Assembly (NCBI GenBank): GCA_020137815.1
Contig: CM035352.1
Coordinates: forward strand, 7,812,001 to 7,876,000
DNA length: 64,000 bases
Direction of reading: 5' to 3'
DNA from: Hormiphora californensis
Taxonomy: Eukaryota; Animalia; Ctenophora
Position 1 is the first letter of the stretch. Each line of letters begins with the position of its first letter. Under the pieces are notes generated by a model. That model was given only the letters and a program-made list of their open reading frames with translations. It was not told the DNA's origin and did not search any database. This document shows, one piece after another, positions 1 through 13,534 of the stretch. The position numbers were made by a program, and so were the translations under genes.

Positions 1-789
1 ATGAGATAATATATAATTTGATGCGATTGCTAACAGTTAGAAGTTTGAACTAAATACAGTGTAGTAAAATTAGGCAATATAAGAGAAGGGATCAGTTTTA
101 GAAGATGACCAGGATGTTATGTGAAGCAGAAATACGAAAACAAATGTGGAGGAGGGCTTGTTGAGTAAGGGGGTTAGGAGGGGCCATTTGTAGGAAACGT
201 GACCACAGGTCATTGTCCTTCAATGAATAGTGATGACACTGGCAAAACATAGAGAGTTGCCTGACACTGTATCTGCACTACCCAGTACCCACGGTTTAAA
301 AAAAGTAGAGTATAAACAAGCTTTGTGTGACTTGTACTGTGAGCGTTTGGTAAAAGAAATCAAGCTAAACAACTAACTAACATCCCTGCAGAGCTATGTA
401 ATAAAACACAAAGGGGGGGGGGGGCAGCTGTGTGTCTCGGCATCTTAAACAGTGTGTGTGAGCTACATTGCCGAGTAAGAAAACGTAAAGGCTGCGTAGA
501 GGAACAAAGAAAAAACTATAAAGGACGGGGTAGAGAGGAATATATAGCTGTGAAAGTAAGTGCACAGAGCTCTAAGCGGCGGGTATGGGATAAAGACTTT
601 TGAAATGGCCTATAGACGTAGAAAACGAGAAGGCGAGAGGAACCAGAAAAAAATGGAGGACCAGGAGAGAAGGAAAAGCGGAAGAGAGCAGGCTGAGAGG
701 CGGATGGAGAAAGGAGAGAGAGAGAGATTGATAAGAGAGCGAGAAGAGAGAGCCAGAGAATCGTAAAAGAGTAGGAGCGAGAGCTGCGT

Positions 790-792
<3 letters not shown>

Positions 793-850
<58 letters not shown>
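793..850. repeat. (CT)n microsatellite
   Basis: Pure dinucleotide run; explains the RE/SL ORFs here. Confidence 0.95.
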
Positions 851-852
<2 letters not shown>

Positions 853-995
853 ATTCACCTATAGTCTGTAATATCAACATAATATTAATGTGTTTTGCAG
901 GTCTTCTATGATTGAACAGGTTCCACGATTAATGATGACATCAAACAGTTATTATATTGTTGTAGAATTAGAAATATAAATACATAATTTTTGAA

Positions 996-1070
996 CTGTC
1001 AGACCATTGGCATGTCCCTATTCTCAATTCTTTCGGAGTGAGAACTGTGGCCAGAGCATTGGCATGACAG
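996..1070. mobile_element. ~75-bp MITE (CTGTCA...TGACAG termini, 8-bp TSD)
   Basis: Inverted termini; TTTTTGAA directly repeated on both sides; related copies at 2425-2501 and 26397-26437. Confidence 0.8.
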
Positions 1071-1385
1071 TTTTTGAAGGTCAATTGGTTAGTAACCAAC
1101 CTTCAAGGAGAGGCAGGTATGACTCAAGGAGCAATGAGAGGTTTAGTAGGTATGACTGGAAAACGGATACCTCGAAGTAGTATTGCAGTTGAAATGGCGA
1201 TAAAAAAGAGGAACTTTGATACTTGTGGGAAAGTCGTATCACCCATTGGCCCTTACACTACATTTGGAAATTGCCGTCAGGACTGTTCCCTGTGGTCCTT
1301 TCCCGATTTTAATTCTAAACCACGCTGCAGTGCGTCATTTGAGAACGACGAGACACAAATGTCAAAGTGAAATGAATTGAAAGTA

Positions 1386-1524
1386 CAGTCGGACCCCGAT
1401 TTACCGGAACCCCGATTTACCGGGAGGATAAACTTCCCCCGATATAAGAAATTGACGATATTTTGCCCCGATATACCGGGCACCCCGATTTACCCGAGCA
1501 TCCCGGTAAATCGGGGTCCGACTG
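1386..1524. mobile_element. Tc1/mariner-pogo-type MITE (CAGTCGGACCCCGATTTA TIR, TA TSD)
   Basis: TA|CAGTCGGACCCCGATTTA...TAAATCGGGGTCCGACTG|TA; family members at 15506, 38843 and 62413. Confidence 0.85.
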
Positions 1525-1753
1525 TATATCACCCTATTACCACGCAAAAACTAAAACGTGGCTTTGTATGTGAGCGCAACGAAAGAAACGATTAAGAGAT
1601 CTCTCAAGAGCTGCTGCTCTGTACATGTTGTATACAGTTATTCAGAGAGAGAGAGAGCTGGAAAAGTATTGGATAAAAAAGGGGGCGACGGAGGAAGGGG
1701 ATGGGAGTGGGTAGTAAAAGAGTAGAGGAGAAAGGAGAGGACGTAGAGAGGGG

Positions 1754-1855
<102 letters not shown>

Positions 1856-2029
1856 CTTACAGTCATCCAGTTGATGATCAGCAACTTTATGAGAGGCACA
1901 GTGAGGCACGGTACACACAGTGAGGAGGTATAAAAGTAAAAAAGAAAGAATACGATTTTGTTATAGGAGTCAAGTTGATTCAGGCTTTAAGATAATTCAG
2001 GCTTTAAGTTAATTCAGGCTATGGAGGAG

Positions 2030-2207
2030 AATAGTCGTGGCTAGACCTCGGATTCAGCTCACGGCTATAAGCTATTTACCCCTGAGATGTGAGGCTATTC
2101 GCTGAAAATTCCCTGAAACCTCAGGGAATGCCGTCACTGACCCCTGAGACTCCAGGTCTCAGTGGTAAGTAACCGTGATCTAAACCTGAGATTCAGGCAC
2201 GACTATT
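2030..2207. mobile_element. MITE related to the 31504-31722 element
   Basis: AATAGTCGTG...GATTCAGGCACGACTATT inverted ends; shares CCTGAGATTCAGGCACGACT with ~31694-31713. Confidence 0.65.
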
Positions 2208-2424
2208 TGATCGAGGCTATAAGTTGATCGAGGCTATAATAGTGAGTCTAGTTTAGCAAGTCTCGTGAGATGAGTCTCACATGAACAATACAAATCAGCC
2301 TGCTCAATCTGGATCAGCTGTTGATACAGTTTAGATAGACTGTACAGTTTAGATAGACTGTTTGAATGATAGCCCGCCTATTTTGTTGAGTTGTTACTAC
2401 TCAACAGCTTCTATCAAAAGGACT

Positions 2425-2501
2425 CTGTCAGGCCAATGTTCTGACCACAGTTCTCGCGCACTCCGCAAAATGAGAATAGGGTCAAGCCAATGCTCTGACA
2501 G
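2425..2501. mobile_element. ~75-bp MITE, same family as 996-1070 (opposite orientation)
   Basis: CTGTCA...TGACAG termini; flanks AAAGGACT / GAAGGACT (7 of 8 match, TSD). Confidence 0.75.
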
Positions 2502-2933
2502 GAAGGACTTGTCTGTTAGGCTACAATTGAATTGCAACAAAGTGATGGATGGCAAAAGTTAAAACATCATGATGAAGATGCTTGTTATGTTCTAACCCTC
2601 CTAGGTAGGCAAGAAGCTGCTGCATGCCTTCCGTCTTCTCTCGTGTCCACTGAGTGGCTGTAAACACTGGCAAATGATACACCAAGATGCAGTTTGCGGT
2701 TTATAGGTTTATAGAAAACATATTTTTAGCCTAATTTACTCTTTTCTGAAGACATTTACAATTTGCATCTGTCCAAGATAATACTGCAGTTCCGATATGA
2801 AACTAGGCAGTACTTACAATTAAAGGGATTCACCTTGGATGAGAAATTGGGTGCCAGTTGGTCAAATGATGATGCTTGAAATTACCCCAAGTATTTAGAC
2901 GTAAAATGCGGCGTCCGAAAGCATCCCTCGAAT

Positions 2934-3115
2934 CACAGTGCTGCTTGTAGTCAAATTACCGTAATGAAAATACAGTAAGGAGACGCGCACGGTGCATAAC
3001 GCGCGGCAAAAAGTTCATGTGTCAGCACGTACTAGCGCCCTGATTGGTCACGGTTGCGCGTCGTCTTACTGTATCTTCGTTTTCCATTACCGTTTTCCCA
3101 CTACAAGCGACCGTG
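2934..3115 (+). mobile_element. Non-autonomous DNA element with CAC...GTG termini
   Basis: CACAGTGCTGCTTGTAGT...ACTACAAGCGACCGTG; inverted copy at 23250-23431, partial copy near 8269; no clear TSD. Confidence 0.7.
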
Positions 3116-3696
3116 TCAGTTTTTTACCAAGGCAAAGACGCCCAGTTTCTTACCCAGACAATGTCTGACAGACATGAATTATCCGTTGCCTAGCAACGAT
3201 TTCACAGAACACAATACCTCCAGGCCGGAATCAAATCGAAAACTCGAGTTTTAGCTTGTTCATTGAAAAATTAGAATATATGTAAAAACATTAGATCGGC
3301 AAAGAAATGACACTACATACTAATCTCTCTTAATTAACTACAATTGTATCTTCTCCTTGGCAATTATATACTCACACAGTACTCATGAGTGCACATGTTG
3401 TTGTACTCAATATACTCACACAGTACATGTTGTTGTAGTAGTAGTTGTAGTAATTATTGTTGAGCTAGTATAATACTCAACAAAGTATAGTAATGAATCA
3501 AAGTGATTGCCACACTAGCACACAGTATGATAATATCAAACACACACTCACACACACTCACACACACATACTCACACACAGACATACACTCACACACTCT
3601 CTCTCTCCCTCTCTTTCTTGACCTACTACTTAGTAAACTCAATAACACAGTACATACGCATATAAATTATATGCTGTTATAGCTCATCTTTCTCAT

Positions 3697-3744
<48 letters not shown>

Positions 3745-3754
3745 CCCCTCTCTC

Positions 3755-3800
<46 letters not shown>

Positions 3801-3923
3801 TCTCGCTCTTCCTCACTTCGTGGTTCAATCACTAAATAAGCTGTTTAACATTGCATTGTACACTAAGGGGATTAATATAATATGTGCGCTCCAGGCCTGC
3901 GTGTGTGCGTGTGGAAGTATACA

Positions 3924-5032
3924 GGGGGGGGTGACACGTAACACTTTGTAACACTTTGTAACATGTGCAGAAAACTTTTTGTGCACGTTACATGTTACAA
4001 AGTGTTACATAGTGTTACAAAGTGTTACATAGTGTTACAAAGTGTTACATAGTGTTACATAGTGTTACAAAGTGTTACATAGTGTTACAAAGTGTTACAT
4101 AGTGTTACAAAGTGTTACAAAGTGTTACATAGTGTTACAAAGTGTTACATAGTGTTACAAAGTGTTACAAATTGTTACATAGTGTTACAAAGTGTCACAA
4201 AGTGTTACATAGTGTCACAAAGTGTTACAAATTGTTACAAAGTGTTACAAATTGTTACAAAAACACAAGGATTTGTAGCGAAGCACATTTTCAATCTTTG
4301 ACCAAAAAAATTGATTTTGGAAAAATTTTATTTCTTTTTCCAACAGAAACGTCGTATATCATCTTATTAAGTACAAAGAATCGATTACCAATGAAAAAAG
4401 TCAATTGGGTCACAACTCACAGGTGACTCAGCACATTGGGGGCCTCTGAGAGGCACAATACTTCTAATATCACTCTAAAAACTTTACCGTTGTCTAAAGT
4501 TCATATTTTTCTTTACCAAATGGACTATTTCAGCCCTGATTTCCACAGTCGATGACATCGGAGGCTCAAAACATCCGCAAATTAGTAAAAAAGTGTATGT
4601 TTTAACCCTAGAAATGATTTAAAACTTTTAGATGTGTTCTAGAAAGACACCAAAGTCGTTCAAATTACTTATTCACCAACCGTTGAAAATTTGCTTCGCT
4701 ACAAATCCTTGTGTTTTGTAACAATTTGTAACACTTTGTAACAATTTGTAACAATTTGTAACACTTTGTAACAATTTGTAACAATTTGTAACACTTTGTG
4801 ACACTTTGTAACACTTTGTAACACTATGTAACACTATGTAACACTTTGTAACACTATGTAACACTTTGTAACACTTTGTAACACTTTGTAACACTATGTA
4901 ACACTTTGTAACACTATGTAACACTTTGTAACACTATGTAACACTTTGTAACACTATGTAACACTTTGTAACATGTGCAGAAAACTTTTTGTGCACGTTA
5001 CATGTTACAAAGTGTTACGTGTCACCCCCCCC
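3924..5032. mobile_element. Foldback-like element with modular TIRs of 10-bp tandem repeats
   Basis: G8-TGACACGTAACAC...GTGTTACGTGTCA-C8 termini; inverted arrays of AGTGTTACA(A/T); TATACA repeated at 3918-3923 and 5033-5038. Confidence 0.85.
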
Positions 5033-5349
5033 TATACATCTAGCTCTAACTCGATCACAATTCTCCTTTTTATCGAGCACTTTGAAACTATAAATTGTTT
5101 TTTCAATCCTTCAGTATAATATCTCTCTGACGCATTATATATGGGGCAAGGAATGCAATCGTAATGGACAGAAAGTGGCAAAAAGTTTTGAAAAATCAAA
5201 CAACTCGTTATCTCTCTCTACTTTTCTCTCTCTCGCATGCTGTAAGAGACAAACTGTATACAAGGATGATGCGTGTGTGCGTCCTCCCTCTATCGTAGCT
5301 CTCTCTCTTTCTCGCAGCTGGTTCTCCTATTATCTTCCTTCCTTCCCCC

Positions 5350-5352
<3 letters not shown>

Positions 5353-5419
<67 letters not shown>
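5353..5419. repeat. (CT)n microsatellite
   Basis: Pure dinucleotide run. Confidence 0.95.
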
Positions 5420-5423
<4 letters not shown>

Positions 5424-5520
5424 CGCCACGAGATGCCGTTCTCTCTAATCGTTGGAGCAGCAGCTGGTCGCTCATCTACAATGTACACACACACACACAA
5501 ACAGAGAAAGAGAGAGGGAT

Positions 5521-5563
<43 letters not shown>

Positions 5564-5644
5564 TAGAGTGACAGAGAAACAGAGAGAGAAAGAGTGAGAG
5601 AGAGACACAACAGAGAGAGATGGACAGAACTATGGCAAGAGTGT

Positions 5645-7713
5645 TTAGTTCCAAATCTTAAGGAGGGCATCCCAAGACCCCGTGCACAGAGCAACACCAT
5701 CATTATCCACCCCGAGACAGCTGACTTTGCCCGTGTGCTCCTGAAGAGATGTGATCACTCCTCCCAACAGGGTATCCCACAGGTGTACATGTGAATCTTC
5801 ATAACCGGCAAATATTATCCTTCCACTGAGACTAGCATCAACAGCCGCCACACCACACGCTGGGTTATCGAAACAGTACTGGGAGATTTCTTGGTCGGCC
5901 CTGATATCAAACAATCGGACCACGCCGTCATCGCTGGCTGTCACGAAGTTGTACTCGTTCTTTAGCCATTTACAGTCGACAACATCAGAGAGATGGCCCA
6001 CCAGAGTTTGGCGACACATCCCGTCTCGGAGATCCCAAAGCTTTACGGTGGCGTCCGTTGAGCCTGAAATATAGGGATGTCTGTTATAGAGCTGCAGACT
6101 TATTCAGTAAAGATATAATAGAGTTGTCGAGGAGAGCCATATCCCACTTGAAGGATTTAAAAGAGGTGCTTAATTACACTGAATCTTTTGCCAGCCGCAT
6201 GGGAAGAAATGTATATTTGTTGGAAAGACACGTCTTCCCATCTTTCAGACTGCCCTGATTAACTAATTATTTAATTGGTTCATTAACTAATTATATAACC
6301 TGAGATGAAAGTGTTGTTGTCGGGAAGAATGGAAAGACAGTCGACTTCACCGTAATGATCCTTTAAGGTTGTTATCTGCTGACCGGTATTAATATCCCAC
6401 AATATACACATCTTATCACCTGTAGGGGGCATTAGTAAGTCACATTGTTTTACAATCCCGTGCAGATAACATGAGTTTGATAGTAACATTATTAGTGACA
6501 CCAGCTCTTACTACCCTCACTCGACTCTCTAGAGGCGTTAATTTCAAATGGGTGAAAAAGGTAGGAACTGGGTGGGTGGTCTTTGAGAGAGAGAGAATAA
6601 GAAATCTGACCTGCAGCAAGCTTACAGTTACCATGACAACTAGTTATAATTAACCACTCAATGGTAAATACACTACAATTACCCTACAATTAAATTAAAC
6701 ATTACTTACCCGAGCTGGTTAGCATCTGTTGATCTGAGAGAAACTGGCACTCTCCCAGATATCCCATCGTGCCCCTGCAATACCCTGACCTGCTTTGCAC
6801 TTGCCCCACTGTTCTCGTTCAGCTCGAATATGGTACACACGTTGTCAAGGCCACCAGATGCCACGAAGTTGCCTAGCAACGGGGAGAGAGGTTAGCAGCT
6901 GTGGGTTACATCACCACCAAGCTATACCCCCTGATCCCTCACACAGACACCATCATGTATTATAGGTGGCATGATTCTGGAATGTACCCATACTTTTGGA
7001 AAAATGTAAATCTATTTTATTACAGAAGAAGAAAACAGATGGGGAGCTACACAAGTCAAAAGAGGAACACATTTTATTACAGAAGATCGGATGAAAAAAG
7101 AGGGTGGATTAATACCTTATTGATAGTTATTATAATACCTGAAGGGGAGTATGAACAACACAAGACCCATGAGCAGTTTAACTCAATGGCGTGAATCTTG
7201 TTTCCACTGTATGTGTCCCACACCAACAGTCGGGAATCCTGACTGGCGCTGAGTACGTGACGGGCATCATGACACCAATCCATGGCGTACACCTGGAGTA
7301 GGGAAATGGGATGTTAGATGGGACGAAGAGGATGGTACATCGTGGGAATTCAAATCATCAAGAGTTTCAAACTGCCCCCCCCCCCTCCCCGGTCAAATTG
7401 TTGGTGGTGGACTCAAGCTACGAATCACACCGAATTGCTAGGATCATACCTAAAATCATTATAAAATCCCTAGTGGTTTCTTTAAAAACGTTTTGTATAC
7501 CTTGGTGAGATGTCCCTTCAGATCTTTCCTTCTCCTAATTTTCACTGGGACCTGCTCCACTTCTTGTGTCTCAGCGAATAGATCGGCATCGTTCACTGCC
7601 TGTCGTTTCTCCTGAAGGGTCAGCTTGAGATCGTACACCTCCCTCTCCTCGGGGCCTAGGTCGTCTGGGTTTATCACCATCTGCCCCATGCCATCCATCC
7701 CGGGATCTTCCAT
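5645..7713 (-). CDS. GNB: Heterotrimeric G-protein beta subunit (WD40), divergent; 5 coding exons
   Basis: Exons 7713-7501, 7292-7139, 6872-6710, 6419-6300, 6063-5645 with GT-AG ends. Motifs LKGHLTKVYAMDW, SASQDSRLLVWD, YSPSGNFVASGGLDNVC, TSSGD, TASDDG..RLFDIRADQE, C-terminal TGSWDALLKIWN. One extra base at ~6763-6765 must be removed to keep frame (~355 aa). Confidence 0.95.
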
Positions 7714-8857
7714 ACCCTAGTAGTTGGGAGACACGTTAATGATAATACGAAACACGTGATTACATTAGGAAATATGTGGGGTTTTAGGGCATGTGGGGTT
7801 TTTACAAAAATGGTTTAAAGGCAAAAGGCACCAAAAACGAACGAATGTTGCTTCACGAACTAATTTTGGACGGGCAAATATCACATTTAATATTGAGAGG
7901 GTGAATAACATTAAACAATTATGTTAAGAGGATGCCATGGCGAATACTACTTGACATATATTCTCTCCTTGTTTTAAACGCAAAAGAACAGCAAGGTGTT
8001 TTTGAAACTCTAGTCACATTATAGCTGTGTGACTGGGTTATACAAAAGAAACACTATTACCCCTACACCCATCACTTGGTAACAACTATATATTACATTA
8101 ATGATTTCTATAAATAGATTTAGCAATTTGAAGCCCCAGAACACCCCCAGTACCTAATAACTATTATAATAGCAATTCAAAAGGCAACTCTTCTGAGTCA
8201 CATACCCCAGCTTGACCTCCCACTCACATACACACACTCACTACCAGGCGAGCTAAATGGTCAGGACTCACAGTGCTGCTTGTAGTCGTATTACCGTAAT
8301 AGAAATACAAAATGGTCAGGACTCAGGCCGTATTATCTACCTAGTATATCAATTTCACAAATCCCTTTATTATATACCTTTTAGTGTATTTAAGTAACCT
8401 GCTTCTATGTAATATGTCGTCATTACTACAGCTACTGTGGCATTCTGATATTACTATTCAGTGATCAGTGATCACGCTTTGGAAAGATTGAGGTACTTAG
8501 TATTTGATTTAGTTCTCCAAATGCTAAGTACCAAATGTCATTTCTAATATATGTGTATGTGTGCAATATGCCTTTAGCCTTAGTGTACATAATATATTTG
8601 TCATCCCAAGGTATTAGTACATCTCCCCCTCGATCTGTGTAGGTCTATATCATTCTAGTCCAGGTCCTCACTCTTTTAACATCACATAATTATAGATCGC
8701 CAGACATTATATATACGGACACATACACAAAGCAATGGAGCATTATCAATATACTAATATTATATTACTGCTCTAATACTGGAATATAGAGGGATGTGTC
8801 TAGAGCTTCCGCAATCCATTGCGGTCCATCCGTCAGGAAGGAGTGCAATTGAGGAGG

Positions 8858-8861
<4 letters not shown>

Positions 8862-8945
<84 letters not shown>
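8862..8945. repeat. (AG)n microsatellite
   Basis: Pure dinucleotide run. Confidence 0.95.
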
Positions 8946-8949
<4 letters not shown>

Positions 8950-9624
8950 AAGGCATCCTTGATACACACACACAAATACACACACAAACAAATACACGCA
9001 CAGTCTCAGTACATGACTCAAGCAAATCAGCCCGCTTGTCAGCACCTCTCGCTATGTGTGTATTACGACAGAAGCACAGTTGGAAGAAATTATTGAGTAA
9101 TAAGGAAGAAGTTGGACAAGGAAGAAATTGGTTGGAGTGGACGAGAGATACGTATAACGCACAAAAGTTGCTTGTTATCACCCCTTACTCAACAAATAGC
9201 TGCTGCATTTTTACAAAGTGTTTGGTGGAACGTCTGATAAAAATATAATACCCCCTCCCGTTGTAAAGCCAGTTGTGGACCATTTACAGAGTAAGTGTCG
9301 TCGACAATTAGTACCGAGGGAAACGGCCATGTGATTAATAGAGAGTTAACAAAGTGCAGCAGTACTACCGTCTACTTAGACAGCTATATTACAGTATTAG
9401 TGAGTACCTTCCCTAGTCAGAATATAATACGTATTATTTTTAACAATACGTATTAAATACACGCGCAAATATGTATTTAATACGTATTAAATACGTATTA
9501 TAAGCCGAAAATACAGAAAAGCCGCGCATTTTGCAAGTGCTACCATCGCGAGCCGCACAACTTCCGACCCAATTTTAGGTCAAAAGCGCGTTACAGATAC
9601 GACATACAGCCTCACCCTGCCACA

Positions 9625-10113
9625 TGTCCCAATACAGCTCTGCCACGAATTGCTACTGTGTTCCCCCGCCTTCTAAAACAGGTCCCTGTCCCAGTACAGC
9701 TCTGCCACGAATTGCTACTGTCTTCCCCCGCCTTCTAAAACAGGTCCCTGTCCCACTACAGCTCTGCCACGAATTGCTACTGTGTTCCCCGCCTTCTAAA
9801 ACAGGTCCCTGTCCCAGTACAGCTCTGCCACGAATTGCTACTGTCTTCCCCCGCCTTCTAAAACAGGTCCCTGTCCCAGTACAGCTCTGTCACGAATTGC
9901 TACTGTGTTCCCCGCCTTCTAAAACAGGTCCCTGTCCCAATACAGCTCTGCCACGAATTGCTACTGTCTTCCCCCGCCTTCTAAAACAGGTCCCTGTTCC
10001 AATACAGCTCTGCCACGAACTGCTACTGTGTTCCTCCGTCTTCTAAAACAGGTCCCTGTCCCAGTACAGCTCTGCCACGAATTGCTACTGTCTTCCCCGC
10101 CTTCTAAAACAGG
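9625..10113. repeat. 61-62-bp minisatellite, ~8 copies
   Basis: Unit TACAGCTCTGCCACGAATTGCTACTGT(G/C)TTCCCCCGCCTTCTAAAACAGGTCCCTGTCCCAG. Confidence 0.95.
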
Positions 10114-10986
10114 TACCTAATTGTGTGATATAGAGAACGAACATTGCTCAAGACACACCAGTTATACTCAGTAGAACAACCATGAAATCGTGCTAAAGTG
10201 AGTGTCTATAGTACTGATGTACCTCATCAATGAAAGAAATGAACCTTCGTTCAAGTGCTGTACTAATACTACAAAGAATGCACTTGATGAAACAGCTGTA
10301 CTAGAATAGGAATGAACCTAAACAGCTGAATGATGAACCTGTGCTACAAGGAATGAACGTATTATCAGGATCGCGGAATGAACCTGTTATTCTGGATGCT
10401 TTACGGACACTGATAAGTGTATATCCTACCGAGTCTTGGATGCTTGGTCGAGGGAATGGTTGGAAAACATAAGTGGACATTGTGGTATGGTGTGTTGTTA
10501 TGTTCTAACCCTCGGTCAGACAGGGTCGAGCAAGGCAAGTAGTAAGAGACGACGTGATCAAGAAAGAGAGAGAGAGAGAGCTGTGTGTGGCAAGAAGCTG
10601 AAAAGATAACAACGATGCTTTGTATGTTTGTGTAGCAACATCCACCTTGTTGTGATTTACACACACGTTTACAATGTGCTGCTGATGGGGCGCTACACAA
10701 TGCAGATCTCGAGAGAAGTTCACTGTCACACACAAGGGCAGGCTAACTTGGCTAAACTGCCATCAACATAGACTGAATTCAAATTTCAAGCACAGTTTAC
10801 AACTCCCCCTGTTTGTGTGGCAAATATAAGAATTAGAGCCAGCAAGTGCACGACAGCAGCAGTAGCGGCAGCAACACACAGATAGTGTAAAACGCTGAAA
10901 ATACGTGTGTCGTGTGTATATCTGCAGTGGTCTGAACTTGCTCAAGTTGAGCTGCCATGAGAATTGAAACAATTAACATGCAACGC

Positions 10987-10999
10987 TGTGTGTGAGTGT

Positions 11000-11070
<71 letters not shown>
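10987..11070. repeat. (GT)n microsatellite
   Basis: Near-pure dinucleotide run. Confidence 0.9.
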
Positions 11071-11072
<2 letters not shown>

Positions 11073-11477
11073 AGGGTACACACGACATGTACATGCAATG
11101 GTACATGATTAAGATATAGTTGCTAAGAGAGGTCTAGAACGTGTGAGCTGCATCATATATGTAATATAGTGTGAGTTATACAAATCACATGTGCTGCTGA
11201 CTAGGTGATTGGCTCCATGCCATGTGAAATATAGAACTTGGTCTTGAGAAGGACGACCCCCCCCCCCACTAGAATGACCTGCTGCCCCCACCCGGATCGC
11301 AACTCACTAGACACCCCCCTAGTGGTAGGAATAACGTATGAACATATGAGTTGTCCAGACTGTCAGAGTATGTGTTAAACATATATATTTCCACGAATCT
11401 GTCTTAGTTTAAATAGCTCTAGCAAATCGATATGATACATTAGCTATATTCCCTCTTTAATAGGTTTTGCCTATTTA

Positions 11478-11767
11478 GGGGAAACTCTAACTGAATGGCA
11501 TCCCATTAATGGGATCCCATCAACAGTAAAACTCTAACTGATAATGGACCACAGTGATGGTTCTTTCTCTGTATTCTCTCTGTAGGCAGTACATCTATGT
11601 ACTACCTACAGAGAGAATACAGAGAAAGAACTATAGGGCATGCCCGGGCACGGGCGCGCACACAGAGAGAATACAGAGAAAGAACCATCACTGTGGTCCA
11701 TAATCAGTTAGAGTTTTACTGTTGATGGGATCCCATTAATGGGATGCCATTCAGTTAGAGTTTCCCC
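11478..11767. mobile_element. PIF/Harbinger-type MITE
   Basis: TTA|GGGGAAACTCTAACTGAATGG...CCATTCAGTTAGAGTTTCCCC|TTA; ~105-bp inverted arms; 3-bp TTA TSD. Confidence 0.85.
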
Positions 11768-12572
11768 TTAGGCAGCATAGCCGTGAAAACTTGACATAAC
11801 GGTTTCTCGAGTGTTCTAATTATAAACAAGTCTTGGTTTAAAATTAAATTATATCTCGAAGCTGAACTTACTAAACGGCCTGCATGAAACTGCCAAGTTT
11901 TGTACAATAGATAGATTGCTTACGGTTACCGTTTTGACAGAAGACTGTTGGTGTATATCAAGGATGATTAAACGGTGTATCGTAACGGCTAATAATAGCT
12001 ATAACACGCAGCGGTAACAAATCAAAATATAACTGATATTGAGACAGCACCATCATCCTTTGTCCAAAGGAGCATGAAGGTGACAGATCCTGGAATATCG
12101 ATTAAAAAGTTCCTCACAGAAGACACAGAAGTTGAAGCTTTGTTACACACCAATCAAGATACAACTATCAATTTCACAATCAGATTCATATAGGATACCC
12201 TTGCAGCACTGAGCTTTATAATGCCGTATAGGGTAGCGATATAATATCACAAAGTGTCACCTCAAGTGATTATCTTTTATGATCACCATCAAACAATCAA
12301 GGGGTTTGGGATCACAATCAATCAACTAGGGTTTGATCTCTCTCCATCTCTTGACATTCGTGGAAAATTAACCTCCCGATATATCGGGGTTCGAATGTAC
12401 AACAAACCAGCTGGTAGTCATATTGTACAGTCAAACCTCGATAAACCGGACTTTTCAGGAGAAGGTTATAATTAGGTACTTATTTTCTCTCCGAACAAAA
12501 TAAGTTACTTCCGGACAGGTGAAAAACACCATGGATAATATCCATTGGATAATATATACAGACGTGTTTCAG

Positions 12573-12695
12573 ATGTGCACACTAACAGGCATGTCTTGCG
12601 ATGTCCATACATTGACGCTGACAAAGAGAAGGAGAGAGAGAATTTTCGGAGTCGGGTTTCAGCCTTAAAGCTGTCTCCTGATGCTCTCTATATAG
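12573..12695 (+). CDS. Candidate isolated exon, beta-propeller/WD40-like fragment
   Basis: TTTCAG acceptor, AG|GTATGA donor, 123 nt, open in phase 1/1, ending RVSALKLSPDALYI(G); partner exons not identified. Confidence 0.35.
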
Positions 12696-13419
12696 GTATG
12701 AAGGTATATCTCTCTTTATTTATCTTTCTCTCTCTCTCTATATTTCTTTCTTTCTATATCGTTTGTTAACAATAACGCGACTAAAGTTGCGTGTCTCCTT
12801 CTGATAACATACCATCATGACAGAAACATCAAAACACACAACAGAAGACAAGTTCTTAGGCAAAAAAGGGAAACTTTTAGAAAACTGAAATGCTGAATAG
12901 AGTTGGAGTGGGGGTGACATATTTGGAAACTGAATATCTACTTCAAAATCTGGTTTGGTCTTGAATTGGTCATCGGTCGAGCGAGCCCGCGGCCAAATAG
13001 TAGGTATAGAGACCTGTGAGCGCAGAGAGTGATATATATTTTCATAGAAGCTGGAGAACAAAAAGGAAGACACTTCAAGAGAGAGACGAGATGGGCCAGT
13101 ACTGATTAACTTAGTGGAATGTATATATGGGGGACTCATAAATGATATGTGTGTGTCATGTGTGTGTCGTGTGTGTGAGAGTTTGCTATGGTTACTACAC
13201 ATGTGTGAGACAAACTGTGTTATAGGACATTTTGGTAAGAATTAGGGCCATAATTATAGTCCTTATTATATAATAGGCACTTAGCTGAGTATTCATTATA
13301 GCGATACATACATGTATGTTAAGAGAAAGGAAATTGGGAAGTGAATAAACTATTATTATTTGTGTGCCACAAAATTAAATATTGCACTGACACAAATTGG
13401 GTAGTTAAAGCGACAAAAC

Positions 13420-13530
13420 ACATTAATTAGTTACATACACCCACATTAATTAGTTACATACACCCACATTAATTAGTGACATACACCCACATTAATTAGT
13501 TACATACACCCACATTAATTAGTTACATAC
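13420..13530. repeat. Short-unit (~23-bp) minisatellite
   Basis: CACATTAATTAGTTACATACACC about 5 times. Confidence 0.9.
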
Positions 13531-13534
13531 AATA

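Noticed and set aside
1100-1330. Minus-strand IKIGKGPQGTVL resembling IKLGQNGPDGMVL near 26160-26200
   Set aside because: Short match, in-frame stops follow, and the GPCR segment may be intronic.
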